This document shows positions 46,221 through 56,023 of a DNA stretch of 64,000 bases, one piece after another. Position 1 is the first letter of the stretch. Each line of letters starts with the position of its first letter. The notes beneath the pieces are model-generated. The model saw only the letters and a program-made list of their open reading frames with translations, was not told the DNA's origin and did not search any database. Source of the stretch: Planctomycetota bacterium (GTDB taxonomy: Bacteria; Planctomycetota; JAJSAM01; JAJVHW01); assembly GCA_021776825.1 (NCBI GenBank), contig JAJFFG010000051.1, positions 17,283 through 81,282 of the forward strand. The letters are read 5' to 3'. Position numbers and translations under genes: made by a program.

Positions 46221-47861
46221 CTACCGCAGTCGAGCGCGCAGCTTAGTGGCCACGGACAGCGTCGGCATGCGTTCGAGCGCCTCGTCCAGCAGCACCAGCG
46301 CCTCGGACTTGCGCTCCGTGCGCGCGAGGAGCACGGCCAGGTTGTACCGCGCGATGGCACCGGCCTCGGGCTTGCCACCCGCCAGCGCCACCGCCCGCCG
46401 GAGAGGGCTCTCGGCGTCCGCGTCGCGGTGCGCCTCGAGCAGGATCGCACCGAGGATGCGCACCTCCTCGTCGGGTCGCGCGAGGCGATCAGCGGCCGCG
46501 CGGAGAAGACGCAGCGATTCGTCGAGATCCGCCGCGTCGCCGGTGTCGCTCAGCGCCGCTGCCAGTCGCTGCGTCGCCCCGCGGCTCTCGGGGTAGCTCT
46601 GCAGCACGTTGCGGTTCCACGTGATCGCGTCGTTCCAGGCGAGCACACGCACGTGAGACAGAACCCCCAGGGTCGCCATCAGCAGGAACGTCACCACGAC
46701 GACGCCCGGCGAACGAACGCGGTCGAAGACGCGCTCGAGTCCCTCCCCGGCCAGCAGGTAGACGAACAGCGCCGGCAGGTAGACGAAGCGGTCGGCAACG
46801 ATCGCCCCGATCGGCACGATCTGTAGGACTGGCACGAGCATCAGCGCGAACGCGAGGAGTGGGAATCCCACCTTCGGTCGCGAGCGTAGGAACGCGATGC
46901 CCAGACCGACGCACGCGGCGAGCAACGCCAGTCCCAGCGCGGCCTGCGGACCGAGCCCACCCAGCGCCGGCTGGAATGCCGCGTCAGGTCCGTAGTCGCC
47001 GCACAGTCGTGCGGGGAGGACGATCTGCGACATCATGATCGAGACGGCGCGACCGACGCCGAGCAGGCGATCGCCGACGGCGACCTCCTTCCACGCGACG
47101 CCAACGTCGGCCGGCAGCGCGTTCTCCAGCACCGCGGCGCGGGCGGCCAACCAGATCGCGATCGGCGCCGCAAATGCGGCCAGCCGCGGTCCGTGACGGC
47201 GACCGAGCAACTGCCGCGGCGGGAGACCGCGGTATGCCACGACGCCGAGAAACGTCACGACGGGCAGCATCACGGCGCTCGCCTTCGCGAAGAGCGAGAG
47301 CGTGAAGCAGAGGAGCGCCGGCACGAGCAGCATCCGGCGTGCAGGCGCGCGAAGGAGCAGGATGCCGGCGGCGAGCCCGAACGCCGTCGCGAGCAGGTCT
47401 CCGCGGCCGACGATCCACGCCACGGGCTCGACCGCGAGCGGGTGCACCGCGAACAGCGCAGCGCCGAGCATCGGAGCGCCGAGCTTGCGCCCGGTGAGGT
47501 GCGCCAGGAACAGGTACGCCAGTCCGGCGTTCAACGCGTGGAGCAGGAGGTTCGTCAGCTTGAACCACGCCAGGTCGACGGCCTCGGGCGTGCTGCCGGA
47601 CAGGAACCAGTCGACCGCCAACGACGCATTGACGAGCGGCCGGTACGTCTCGTGGCGTGTCAGCCCGCCGAACACCGAGTCGCCGAATGCAGTGAGGACC
47701 GAGGAGAGGCTGCGCAGGCGCTCGTCGTGCAACAGGAGGGTCGCGTCGTCCCAGACGGGAGCGTCGCCCCCCATCGCGCCGAACTGAGCCAGCACCGCCA
47801 GAGCCGCCGCGATGACGAAGCCCGTGAGCGGAGCGCCGGGGGAGAGTCGGGGTGGGGTCAC
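46221..47861 (-). CDS. polytopic membrane protein with C-terminal TPR repeats (TMTC/DUF1736-like GT-C-type glycosyltransferase candidate)
   Basis: Probable GTG start near 47861 (VTPPRLSPGAPLTGFVIAAALAVL). Acidic loop VWDDATLLLHDERL. About 10 TM helices, then a TPR-like C-terminus (LRRAVALAGGKPEAGAIARYNLAVLLARTERKSEALVLLDEALE). The Arg-rich 5' extension is rejected. Confidence 0.55.
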   Translation of the reverse strand: MTPPRLSPGAPLTGFVIAAALAVLAQFGAMGGDAPVWDDATLLLHDERLRSLSSVLTAFGDSVFGGLTRHETYRPLVNASLAVDWFLSGSTPEAVDLAWFKLTNLLLHALNAGLAYLFLAHLTGRKLGAPMLGAALFAVHPLAVEPVAWIVGRGDLLATAFGLAAGILLLRAPARRMLLVPALLCFTLSLFAKASAVMLPVVTFLGVVAYRGLPPRQLLGRRHGPRLAAFAAPIAIWLAARAAVLENALPADVGVAWKEVAVGDRLLGVGRAVSIMMSQIVLPARLCGDYGPDAAFQPALGGLGPQAALGLALLAACVGLGIAFLRSRPKVGFPLLAFALMLVPVLQIVPIGAIVADRFVYLPALFVYLLAGEGLERVFDRVRSPGVVVVTFLLMATLGVLSHVRVLAWNDAITWNRNVLQSYPESRGATQRLAAALSDTGDAADLDESLRLLRAAADRLARPDEEVRILGAILLEAHRDADAESPLRRAVALAGGKPEAGAIARYNLAVLLARTERKSEALVLLDEALERMPTLSVATKLRARLR

Positions 47862-47947
47862 GATCGGAGTCCCAGAACGACCACGACCCGCGTCAGACGC
47901 GGGTCGTGGTGATGCAGTCGGTGCGAGCAGGGCGAGCGGTGCCCGTC

Positions 47948-50569
47948 CTAGTCGTCCTTCTTCTCGTCGTCGTCCCCGTCGTCCCCGTCGTCGTCGTCGT
48001 AGTCGCCGCCGCCGCCGTCTTCCTCGTCCGGCTCCCAACGTCCCTCAGGGGGCGTCGTCAGGGGCGTCTCCCACTGACTCGAACCGCGCTTGCGGCCGAC
48101 CTTGCGGCGGAGGAGGAGGTTCCAGTACCAGTCGAACTCCTTCTGCACGTTGCCGAAGTCGTCCGGACCGGCCACACCGAGCGCCTTGGCGAATGCCTCG
48201 GGCCCGTGCTCCTGCTGGAACACACGCTCCTGGTAGTCCAGGAGGTTCCCTCGGTACTTGCCGTTGTCGTAGTACCACATGAAGTGGATGAGGCCCCACG
48301 CCTGGGCGTAGAAGATGTTCGCCATGAACGTGGGGTTGTGCGGCAGGAGCTCCGCACTCTTCTGCAGCAGCTCACCATTGTGATTCGGCTCGAGCAGATC
48401 GCTGATCGTCCACCAGCCGCCGTTCGCACTCTGTGACTCGTTGCGACGGTGGCGCCGCGCCTGAGCGATGCGCTCGAGCAGCAGGCGGTTGTGGAACCAC
48501 TCAACGCCTTCGAGGTCGTAGGACTTGTCCTCGGCGATCTCGACCGCGCCCATGAACTCCGCCATGCCCTCGTCGAACCACATCGACTTGCGAGGCGCGA
48601 CCGGGTCGTCACCGTCGGTGAGCGGCGTGCCGCGGAGGATCGCACCGTACTCGTGCTGGAGTTGGTGCGTGCCCTCGTGGAACGTCACCTGGTCACTGCC
48701 CTTCTGGATGTGACCGTCGGCGCAGTAGATGGCGTCCTTCTCCTGCAGCGCCTCGTCCCCGAGGTAGTGCACGATGTGCTTCTCGGTCGGGCTGTAGTAC
48801 GCCCGGATGAAGCCCGAGATGCCGGAGTCCTGGCGCCGGTGCCACTCGTCGAACGTCGTGCGGTTCCAGAGGATCAGGACCTTCAGCAGGCGGTTCTTAT
48901 CGCGCAGCTCGGGCATCCCGTAGCGCTCGGCGAACAGCTCGCGATAGCGGTGGTTCAACTCAGAGAAGATCTTGGCGTCACGCTTGATGAAGAGCTGCGC
49001 CTTCTTCGACCGATCCTTGTTGGCGCTGTCGACGTCGATTCCGCGCTTGACCACGATCGGGTGGTCGGCCGTGTAGACCTCCCACTCCTGGAAGATCACG
49101 TACGGGTCCGAGTAGCGCGAGATGACCTCGAGATCCTTGAAGAGGTCGTTCTTGCGGATCCAGTCGCGCGCCTTCTCGACCTGCACCATGCGCGGGTCGT
49201 TGTCGAGCGAGTCGCTGCGCACGCGAACGGCGTCGACGAGCGTCTGGAGCTGCTTCAGCTTCTTCGCGTCGACCCACTTCGACGAGTCCTCGAGCGCGGC
49301 GAGCGCCTCGCGGACCTTCCCCTCGTTCTCGTCGGCGAATTCGAACGCCTTCGGACACTCGTCCATGCACGTCTGCAGGAGATCGAGCCCGTTGGCGTGG
49401 CCGAGCGAGACGTGCGCCCACTCGCAGTCCTTGTCCTGGTCGAGGGCGGCCTTCGCGATGCGCTTCACGCCCTCCTTGGCGGCGGCGCTGCTCTTGAAGT
49501 CGTCCTTCGCGTAGAAGTCGAGCAGTTCCTTCAGCGCGACGACGCTGCCCTTGTTCGCAGCGAGCTTGCGCGTGATCTCGTCGCTCGCCGCCTGCAGATC
49601 CAGGGCGAGGAACTTGCCCTCGGGTGTCGTCGGCGCGGGCGTGTTCGCACCCGCCGTCGAGGTCCCGCCGGTCCCGGCTCCCGGAGCCGTCCCCGTCTCG
49701 GTCGTGCCGTCCGGGTTCGTGACGCCAGGCGGGTTGCCGTTCGGGTTGGCACTCTCGCCGCCGCCGTCGTCGCCCATCATGACGAAGCCGACGACGCCGG
49801 CGATGAGGACGACCGCGCCGATGCCGATGAACAGCGGCGCCTGAGACTTCTTCTGCGCTGGGGCCGCGCGACCGCTCGCAGCGGGCTTGCGACCGCCGCC
49901 CTTCGACGACTTCCCAGCCGCGCCGCGCTTCGAGCCCTTCTGCGCCTTCTTCTGAGCGGGCTGCTGGGCTTGCTGCTGCGCCTGCTGCTGGGCGGCTCCG
50001 GCGCGCTGCGCCGGTGCCGCCTTCTGCGCACGCTTCTGCATGGCCTTGGGGAGCTGAGCCTGCGGCTTCGCGGCGCCGGCCGGAGCAGCCCCGGCTGAGC
50101 GCTGCTGACGGGCCTCGTTCATCGCCTTGCGCATCTGATCCGGCGATAAAGCGACCGTCGGCGGCGGCGCGACGCCACCGCGCGGCGTGCCCGGCTGGAT
50201 GGGCGTCCGCGCAGGCTTCTTGCCAGGCTGGATCGCCTTCTTCCCAGGCTGGATCGCCTTCTTTCCAGGCTGGACAGGCTGGCGTCGGGCAGCGGGAGCA
50301 GCCTTGGGCTTCGGGGTCTGCGTGTCGCCGACCTCTTGCGAAGCCTGCAACGCCTTCCGCATCTGCGCCGGGCTCAGCGCCACGGTGGGCGGCGGCGCGG
50401 TAGAGCCAGCTCGACGGCCGGACTGACCGGGCTGGATCGGCTGGACGACGGGCCCCGCGGCCGGCACCTGGAGCACGGTGCGGCAGCTGCCGCACACGAA
50501 GCTGGTGCCCGCCGTCATCGTGGAGACGTCGAACTGGGAGTTGCACTTCTGACAGGTGATCAGCCGCAT
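47948..50569 (-). CDS. membrane protein: N-terminal MJ0042-type CxxC zinc ribbon, Lys/Pro/Gln-rich repeat linker, one TM, large extracytoplasmic domain with HExxH motif, poly-acidic C-terminus
   Basis: Start MRLITCQKCNSQFDVSTMTAGTSFVCGSCRTV (GAGGAA upstream). Repeats (QPGKKAI)x3 from a 27-bp DNA tandem repeat at about 50200-50290. TM LFIGIGAVVLIAGVVGFVMM. FHEGTHQLQHE is an HExxH...E gluzincin-like motif. Tail DEEDGGGGDYDDDDGDDGDDDEKKDD. Confidence 0.6.
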   Translation of the reverse strand: MRLITCQKCNSQFDVSTMTAGTSFVCGSCRTVLQVPAAGPVVQPIQPGQSGRRAGSTAPPPTVALSPAQMRKALQASQEVGDTQTPKPKAAPAARRQPVQPGKKAIQPGKKAIQPGKKPARTPIQPGTPRGGVAPPPTVALSPDQMRKAMNEARQQRSAGAAPAGAAKPQAQLPKAMQKRAQKAAPAQRAGAAQQQAQQQAQQPAQKKAQKGSKRGAAGKSSKGGGRKPAASGRAAPAQKKSQAPLFIGIGAVVLIAGVVGFVMMGDDGGGESANPNGNPPGVTNPDGTTETGTAPGAGTGGTSTAGANTPAPTTPEGKFLALDLQAASDEITRKLAANKGSVVALKELLDFYAKDDFKSSAAAKEGVKRIAKAALDQDKDCEWAHVSLGHANGLDLLQTCMDECPKAFEFADENEGKVREALAALEDSSKWVDAKKLKQLQTLVDAVRVRSDSLDNDPRMVQVEKARDWIRKNDLFKDLEVISRYSDPYVIFQEWEVYTADHPIVVKRGIDVDSANKDRSKKAQLFIKRDAKIFSELNHRYRELFAERYGMPELRDKNRLLKVLILWNRTTFDEWHRRQDSGISGFIRAYYSPTEKHIVHYLGDEALQEKDAIYCADGHIQKGSDQVTFHEGTHQLQHEYGAILRGTPLTDGDDPVAPRKSMWFDEGMAEFMGAVEIAEDKSYDLEGVEWFHNRLLLERIAQARRHRRNESQSANGGWWTISDLLEPNHNGELLQKSAELLPHNPTFMANIFYAQAWGLIHFMWYYDNGKYRGNLLDYQERVFQQEHGPEAFAKALGVAGPDDFGNVQKEFDWYWNLLLRRKVGRKRGSSQWETPLTTPPEGRWEPDEEDGGGGDYDDDDGDDGDDDEKKDD

Positions 50570-50770
50570 GACTGGGGGTTCCTCGCGGTCTCTTCGAGGT
50601 CGCTCGATCCCTCCCGTCGCGGGAGGGCCGGACAGTCTAGTTTCCCTGGTGGCGGTTGTCGCGGACTCCGACGCGCCCGGACGTCGCCCGCGTGCCCGGG
50701 AACCCTTGCCGGAGCGTGCCGCAAGCGACACACTCGGAGCCGGTGCGTCAGTTGCGCGCCTCCACCGCCA

Positions 50771-51750
50771 TGCGATCCCCCCCGCGCCGTCCCCTCTCTA
50801 CGCTCGTCGCGGCGCTCGCGATCGCGGCCGTGGTGCCGGCGGCGGCGCAGGACCGTGAGTCCCCGCGCGTCGCGCTGTTCGAGATCGGCGAGGGGCCGCT
50901 GCAGAAGGCGGCGTCGGCCGGCGTCCGCGACGGGCTCCGGCTCGCCGAACTCGAGCCGACCCTGGACCTGGTCGTGGCCCCCGGTGATGAGGCGCGCGAG
51001 GCGCTGGCCGAGCTGGCGTTCGAGCCGCTCGACGTCGTCATCGCAGTCGGACCTCGGGCGGCGATGGCGTTGCGGGACGCGCGCCGAGCGAATCCCATCG
51101 TGTTCACGGGCGTGCGCCATCCGGAGGCCCTCGAGCTCCCCGGCCGCTCCACGGTCTGCGGTACGGCCGGAGGCGTGGACATCGACGAGGTCCTCCGCAC
51201 AGTGCGTCGAGCGGCGCCGAGGGCGCGCACGTTCGAGATCTTGTATCGCGCCGACGATACCGAGGGGGCCTGGTTCGCAGAGCGGCTCGCCACGGCAGCC
51301 GAGGACTCACCGCTCACCGTCACGACGATCGAGTGCTCGCCCTACGACCGCACCGGGCTCGTCGCGATCGACGGCGTCTCCGTCGGGGGCGCGCAGCAGG
51401 AGGCGGACGTGGTGCTCATGACCGGGGGATTCAGCCCGCGGCAGGTCGAGACCATGGCGGAGTGCATGGCAGCCGACGGTCACGCGCTGATCGGCTCGCG
51501 GCGTGACCACCTGCTCGCTGGATGCGGGGTCGTGATCCGCACGGACGCGCGCAGGCTCGGCACCCACGCGATCGCCCTAGCGAGGCGCGTGCTCGACGGC
51601 GAGGCGCCGTCGGAGATCGGCGTGCACCGCCCCCGCCGACGACTGGTCGAGGTCAACCTCGATGCCGCGCGGCGGCTCGGCTGGGAGATCCCGCTGCCGG
51701 TCGTCGCGGGAGCCGACCACGTGATCCCTGCGCTGGGAGGACGACGATGA
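50771..51750 (+). CDS. ABC-transporter-type periplasmic substrate-binding protein (YhfZ/PF04392-like), frequently HK-associated
   Basis: Signal peptide MRSPPRRPLSTLVAALAIAAVVPAAAQ. Periplasmic-binding-fold composition. Stop overlaps the HK start (ATGA). Confidence 0.6.
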
Positions 51751-53246
51751 GCGATCCAGAACCGCTGGCGGATCGAGAGCGCCAAGCGGACGAAGTGCCG
51801 CTGCGGCGTTCGCTACTGATGCGGACGACCGTCGCGCTGGGCCTCGGTCTGGCGCTGGCCGCGCTCGTGCTCGTCCTGCTGTTCCAGCCGTACCTGAAGT
51901 CGGAGTTCCAAGACCGCAGCGGCGCCCTCCTGAGCGATCAAGCGCGCCGCGCGCGGAACGCCGCACAAGCGGACGCGACGGACGCCGGCACGTGGGTCCG
52001 CGAGTCAGTAACGCAGGCCCTGACGGCGTCGTCCGACGCCGTCGCCGATCTCCCGCTGGAGCTGGTCACGAACAACGCCGACGGCGTGCGCGCACTGGCG
52101 GACGAGCAATTCGCGGTGCTGCGCACCGACTCTCAGGGCAACCTCGACGCCCTCGCCGCTGAGATCAGCGAGCGCACGGAAGCGCGTCTACGACGCGAGG
52201 CCGGGCGCGTCGCGGAACGCAATGCCGAACGAGCCGAGGAGTTCGGTGCCGGAACATCTCGCCGGGCCGCCGCGCTGATGATCTCGCTGCTCGCCGCCCT
52301 GTTCCTCCTGCATGGCGCCTTGCTCTACCGCAGTGTGCTCTCCCCCATCCGCCGCCTCAGCCAGGCCACGCGCGACGTCGCCCACGGCGACCTCGAAACG
52401 CGACTCCCCGTCGCGGGCGACGACGAGGTCGCTCGTCTCGCCGGCTCGTTCAACGCAATGACCGCGAGCCTCGCCACGGCGCACTCAGATCTCGCCACGC
52501 TGAACGCCGAGCTCGAGGAGCGCGTCCGGAAGAAGACCGAGGAGCTACGCGAGAAGGATCGCGCCCTGCGCCATGCCGAGCGCATGGCGTCTCTCGGCAC
52601 GCTCGCGGGCGGCGTCGCCCACGAGTTCAACAACCTGCTCGGAGGCATTCTCGGCTGCGCCGAAGATGCAGCCCGCGAGGACGACCCCGACGAGATGCGA
52701 GCGACGCTGGCGATGATCGAGCGCACCGCGCGTCGCGGCACGGCGATCACCGCGAACCTGCTGCGTTTCGCGCGGCCCGGGACCGGCTCGATGGAGACGG
52801 TCGACGTCGCGCATCTGCTCGATGACGTTGCCGGGCTGATCGAACCCGAGGCCGTCCGTCTGGGGGTGACGGTTCACGTCACACGCGGCGCGGCGCTGCA
52901 AGTCCGGGCCGAGGCATCCGGGGCGCATCAGGTGTTCCTCAACCTCGCCACGAATGCGCTGCACGCAATGCCGGACGGTGGCGAGCTGACGCTGTCTGCT
53001 GAGCAACGCGGCGACGAGATCGGCGTGAGTGTGGCGGACACGGGTCGCGGCATCGCGGCCAAGGATCGCGAGCGGCTGTTCGAGCCGTTCTTCACGACGC
53101 GCCCCGAGGGCACCGGACTCGGGCTCTCGGTCAGCTACGGAATCGTGAACGCGCATGGCGGGCGCATCGAAGTGGAGAGCGAACCCGGTCACGGAGCCAC
53201 GTTCCGCGTGTGGCTGCCGGCCGCGGACAACGGAGGCCGCTCATGA
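51747..53246 (+). CDS. sensor histidine kinase (TM - HAMP - HisKA - HATPase_c)
   Basis: H-box HAERMASLGTLAGGVAHEFNNLL. N-box NLATNALHA. G-boxes DTGRGI and GTGLGLSVS. HAMP LSPIRRLSQATRDVAHGDLETRL. Confidence 0.85.
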   Translation: MSDPEPLADRERQADEVPLRRSLLMRTTVALGLGLALAALVLVLLFQPYLKSEFQDRSGALLSDQARRARNAAQADATDAGTWVRESVTQALTASSDAVADLPLELVTNNADGVRALADEQFAVLRTDSQGNLDALAAEISERTEARLRREAGRVAERNAERAEEFGAGTSRRAAALMISLLAALFLLHGALLYRSVLSPIRRLSQATRDVAHGDLETRLPVAGDDEVARLAGSFNAMTASLATAHSDLATLNAELEERVRKKTEELREKDRALRHAERMASLGTLAGGVAHEFNNLLGGILGCAEDAAREDDPDEMRATLAMIERTARRGTAITANLLRFARPGTGSMETVDVAHLLDDVAGLIEPEAVRLGVTVHVTRGAALQVRAEASGAHQVFLNLATNALHAMPDGGELTLSAEQRGDEIGVSVADTGRGIAAKDRERLFEPFFTTRPEGTGLGLSVSYGIVNAHGGRIEVESEPGHGATFRVWLPAADNGGRS

Positions 53247-54010
53247 TCGAACGTCGTTCCGTGGTGCTCGTCGTCGACGACGAGGAGAGCATGCGCTACT
53301 TCCTCGCGAAGACGCTGCGCCGCGAGGGGTATGAAGTGATCGAGGCCGAGGACGGCCCTGCCGCGCTCGCTGCCGCGAACGCTCGTCCACCCGACGTCGC
53401 GTTGCTCGACGTGCGCATGCCGGGCATGGACGGCGTGTCGCTCATGCGCGCGCTGCGTTCCACGCTGCCCGGGCTGCCGGTCGTGCTCATGACTGCGTAC
53501 GGCTCCGTCGAGAGCGCACTCGCCGCGATGAAGCAGGGCGCGAACGACTACGTCACGAAGCCGTTCCGCGTCGACGCCATCCGCACGACGGTCGCCAAGG
53601 CACTCTCCAAGTCAGAGCGACCGGAGCCGCTGCGCACCGTCCGAAACGTACCGACGGTCGACGAGCCGCCCGTGCCGCGCCCGCTGCCCGAACCGACGAC
53701 GCCGCCCCGCTCGGCCGCCAATGTCGAGGTCCCGGAGCGATCACTGGCCGCATTCCTGCGCGAACGCACCGAGGCGCGCGCGTTGCCGGCTCCGGTGGAG
53801 AGCGCGGCGGGCGACCTCGGATTGCGCGACGTCGTGCGTCTGACCGAACTCGTGTACGTCGACGAGCTGTTGCGACTTACTGGAGGGAACGTGAGCCGCG
53901 CGGCAGAGATCGCCGGGATCACGCGCCCGAACATGCACCGCAAGGTGATCGACCTCGGACTCACCGCGGACGCGTACCGCGGCAACGATGACAACGGAGG
54001 ATCGCGATGA
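53243..54010 (+). CDS. response regulator: REC domain plus C-terminal Fis-type HTH (no AAA domain)
   Basis: Start MIERRSVVLVVDDEE with GGAGG upstream, overlapping the HK stop. Phosphoacceptor region VALLDVRMPGMDG. C-terminal HTH_8-like NVSRAAEIAGITRPNMHRKV. Confidence 0.85.
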   Translation: MIERRSVVLVVDDEESMRYFLAKTLRREGYEVIEAEDGPAALAAANARPPDVALLDVRMPGMDGVSLMRALRSTLPGLPVVLMTAYGSVESALAAMKQGANDYVTKPFRVDAIRTTVAKALSKSERPEPLRTVRNVPTVDEPPVPRPLPEPTTPPRSAANVEVPERSLAAFLRERTEARALPAPVESAAGDLGLRDVVRLTELVYVDELLRLTGGNVSRAAEIAGITRPNMHRKVIDLGLTADAYRGNDDNGGSR

Positions 54011-55035
54011 AGCCCAAGGTGTTCCTGTCTCTGGTCGCGGCGCTCGTCGTCGCGGTGGTCACGGTGACGTTCCTCTGGCCCCGGCAGGAGGGCGTCACGC
54101 TCTACTGCGCGGTCGACGACGTGCACGCGATCCCGATCCTCGACGCGTTCGAGGCGCGCACGGGCATCCACATTCATCGCAACTTCGACACCGAGGCGAA
54201 CAAGACGGTCGGCCTGGTCGCGAAGCTGCGCGAAGAGCGCGCGAACCCGCGTGCCGACGTGTTCTGGAACAACGAGATCATGCACACGATCCGCCTGGCT
54301 CGGGAAGGCGTGCTGACTCCGTACGCGTCCGACTCCGCGAAGGACATCCCCGATGCCCTCAAGGACGCCGACGCGCTCTGGACCGGGTTCGCTGCGCGCG
54401 CGCGCATCCTGATCGTCAACACCGAGCTGCTCCCCGACCAGGCTGAGCACCCGACGTCGATGCAGGACCTCCTCGCCGAGCCGTGGAAGGGCCGCACGTC
54501 GTTCGTGCGTCCACTGACGGGCACGACGTTGACCCACGCCGCCGTGCTCTACACCGTGCTCGGTGACGACGGCGCGCGCGACTGGTTCAAGGGCATGCAC
54601 GCGAACGGCACCGTGTTCCCGAGCGGCAACGGTCAGCTCGCCCGCGCGGTCGCCGGCGGTCAGTCGACGTTCGGGTTCACCGACACCGACGACTTCGAGA
54701 AGGTGCGCCGCGATGGCCGGCCAGTCGCGAAGGTCTACCCCGATCAGGGCGAGGGCCAACCTGGCACGCTGCTCATCCCGAACACCATCGGTCTCGTGAA
54801 GGGCGGCCCTCGCCCCGACCTGGGCCAACAGCTCATCGACTTCCTCCTGTCGAGGGAAGTCGAGGCGATGCTCGCCGCCGGCGACAGCGCTCAGATCCCG
54901 GTCCGCAGCGACGTCGCTCGCCCCCCGAGCGTCATCGGACCGCCGACGTTCCGGACGATGGTGGTCGACTGGAATGACGTGGTCGAGAACTTCGATCAGC
55001 GGCTGGGGGAGTTGGAGGCCCTCTGGCGGCCCTAG
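54007..55035 (+). CDS. extracellular solute-binding protein (iron(III)/SBP family 1-like)
   Basis: ATGA overlap with the RR stop. N-terminal TM/signal MKPKVFLSLVAALVVAVVTVTF. Periplasmic-binding-protein-like sequence. Confidence 0.7.
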   Translation: MKPKVFLSLVAALVVAVVTVTFLWPRQEGVTLYCAVDDVHAIPILDAFEARTGIHIHRNFDTEANKTVGLVAKLREERANPRADVFWNNEIMHTIRLAREGVLTPYASDSAKDIPDALKDADALWTGFAARARILIVNTELLPDQAEHPTSMQDLLAEPWKGRTSFVRPLTGTTLTHAAVLYTVLGDDGARDWFKGMHANGTVFPSGNGQLARAVAGGQSTFGFTDTDDFEKVRRDGRPVAKVYPDQGEGQPGTLLIPNTIGLVKGGPRPDLGQQLIDFLLSREVEAMLAAGDSAQIPVRSDVARPPSVIGPPTFRTMVVDWNDVVENFDQRLGELEALWRP

Positions 55036-55279
55036 TCACGCCGATTGCGAGGCGCGTCGCAGGTGGGCGCGCCTCGGCTGAGAGGCAATCAGCGAGCCTT
55101 GCGTTGTTGTCTGGCGTGTGCTCGGTCTCGTCACGCATCTGACGAGGGCCATCGGCGCCGGTCGAGGACCTCCGCGCACACACTCCCCGCGTCACGGCGC
55201 CTGCGCTGACGCGCAACCGCCGCGCCCCGGGCGGGGATACGGGCGGGCTGGGTCTTCTCCGATCCCACGGGTCCGCTCT
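55036..55279. repeat. single hairpin unit plus GC stem-loop connector (composite repeat) directly after stop codon
   Basis: GTCACGCCGATTGCG...GGCAATCAGCG, then CGCGTCACGGCGCCTGCGCTGACGCGCAACCGCCGCGCCCCGGGCGGGG. Confidence 0.65.
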
Positions 55280-55572
55280 GTCAATGGTGCCGTAGGGGCG
55301 GATCTCCTGATCCGCCCCGCCCGCTGGGGTGGCGCGCGCTCGATCGGGGCGGATGGCGCTCTGCGGACGATGTCGGTGATGCGCGCGGCTCCCGGTCGAG
55401 GGCGTCGGCGCCGATCGGCGATGCGACGACTGGCGTCATCGGGTCGCGACGGTGATCGCCCGTGGCCGTCCGATCCACGGCCGTCGTCCGCTGTCCGCCA
55501 CTCACCCGCCGGGTCCGAGCGACGCGCGTCGGCGGGGCGGATCAGGAGATCCGCCCCTACGAAGCCGTTGAG
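55280..55572. repeat. MITE-like element copy E (293 bp) with inverted ends each holding the GGGGCGGATCaggaGATCCGCCCC palindrome
   Basis: 5' GTCAATGGTGCCGTAGGGGCGGATCTCCTGATCCGCCCC. 3' GGGGCGGATCAGGAGATCCGCCCCTACGAAGCCGTTGAG. Confidence 0.7.
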
Positions 55573-55600
55573 CTGTCGTTCCCCTGATGGCATCGACGGA

Positions 55601-55963
55601 TCACAGGCTGTCCACAATCCACACCGCAACCGTCACGAACGGCGGCAACAGACCCGCCAGCGCGGCAACGCCGACAAGACGTCGCTCGACGTCCGACAGA
55701 CCGCGCTCCTTCTGCGCGTCGCGACGCAGCGTGACCGTGGCGGCCACCGGTCCGCAGAGCCAGATCAACGTCACGGCGATGCCCAGGCTGCCTCGCTCGC
55801 CCACCGTGCCGCCGAGGATGATCGCGCACGCGGCGACGGCGGCTACGCAGAGGAGCAGGCAGGCCGCACCAAACCGCACCCGCAGCCACAGCGAAACGAG
55901 CGCGGTGTGGACCGACGCCGTCGCCGGTTTGCGCGGACGGGGGACGGGGGTGGGAACGGCCAC
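55601..55963 (-). CDS. hypothetical small membrane protein
   Basis: 120 aa, three hydrophobic segments. Weak call. Confidence 0.3.
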   Translation of the reverse strand: MAVPTPVPRPRKPATASVHTALVSLWLRVRFGAACLLLCVAAVAACAIILGGTVGERGSLGIAVTLIWLCGPVAATVTLRRDAQKERGLSDVERRLVGVAALAGLLPPFVTVAVWIVDSL

Positions 55964-56023
55964 GAACGGAAGACTACCACTCGCCTCGGATCCGCTGAGC
56001 GACAGCCACTCTCGTCGCCCGCG

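Noticed and set aside
48449-50098. 549-aa plus-strand ORF
   Set aside because: Antisense to the zinc-ribbon/HExxH gene. Low-complexity L/R/V/E composition.
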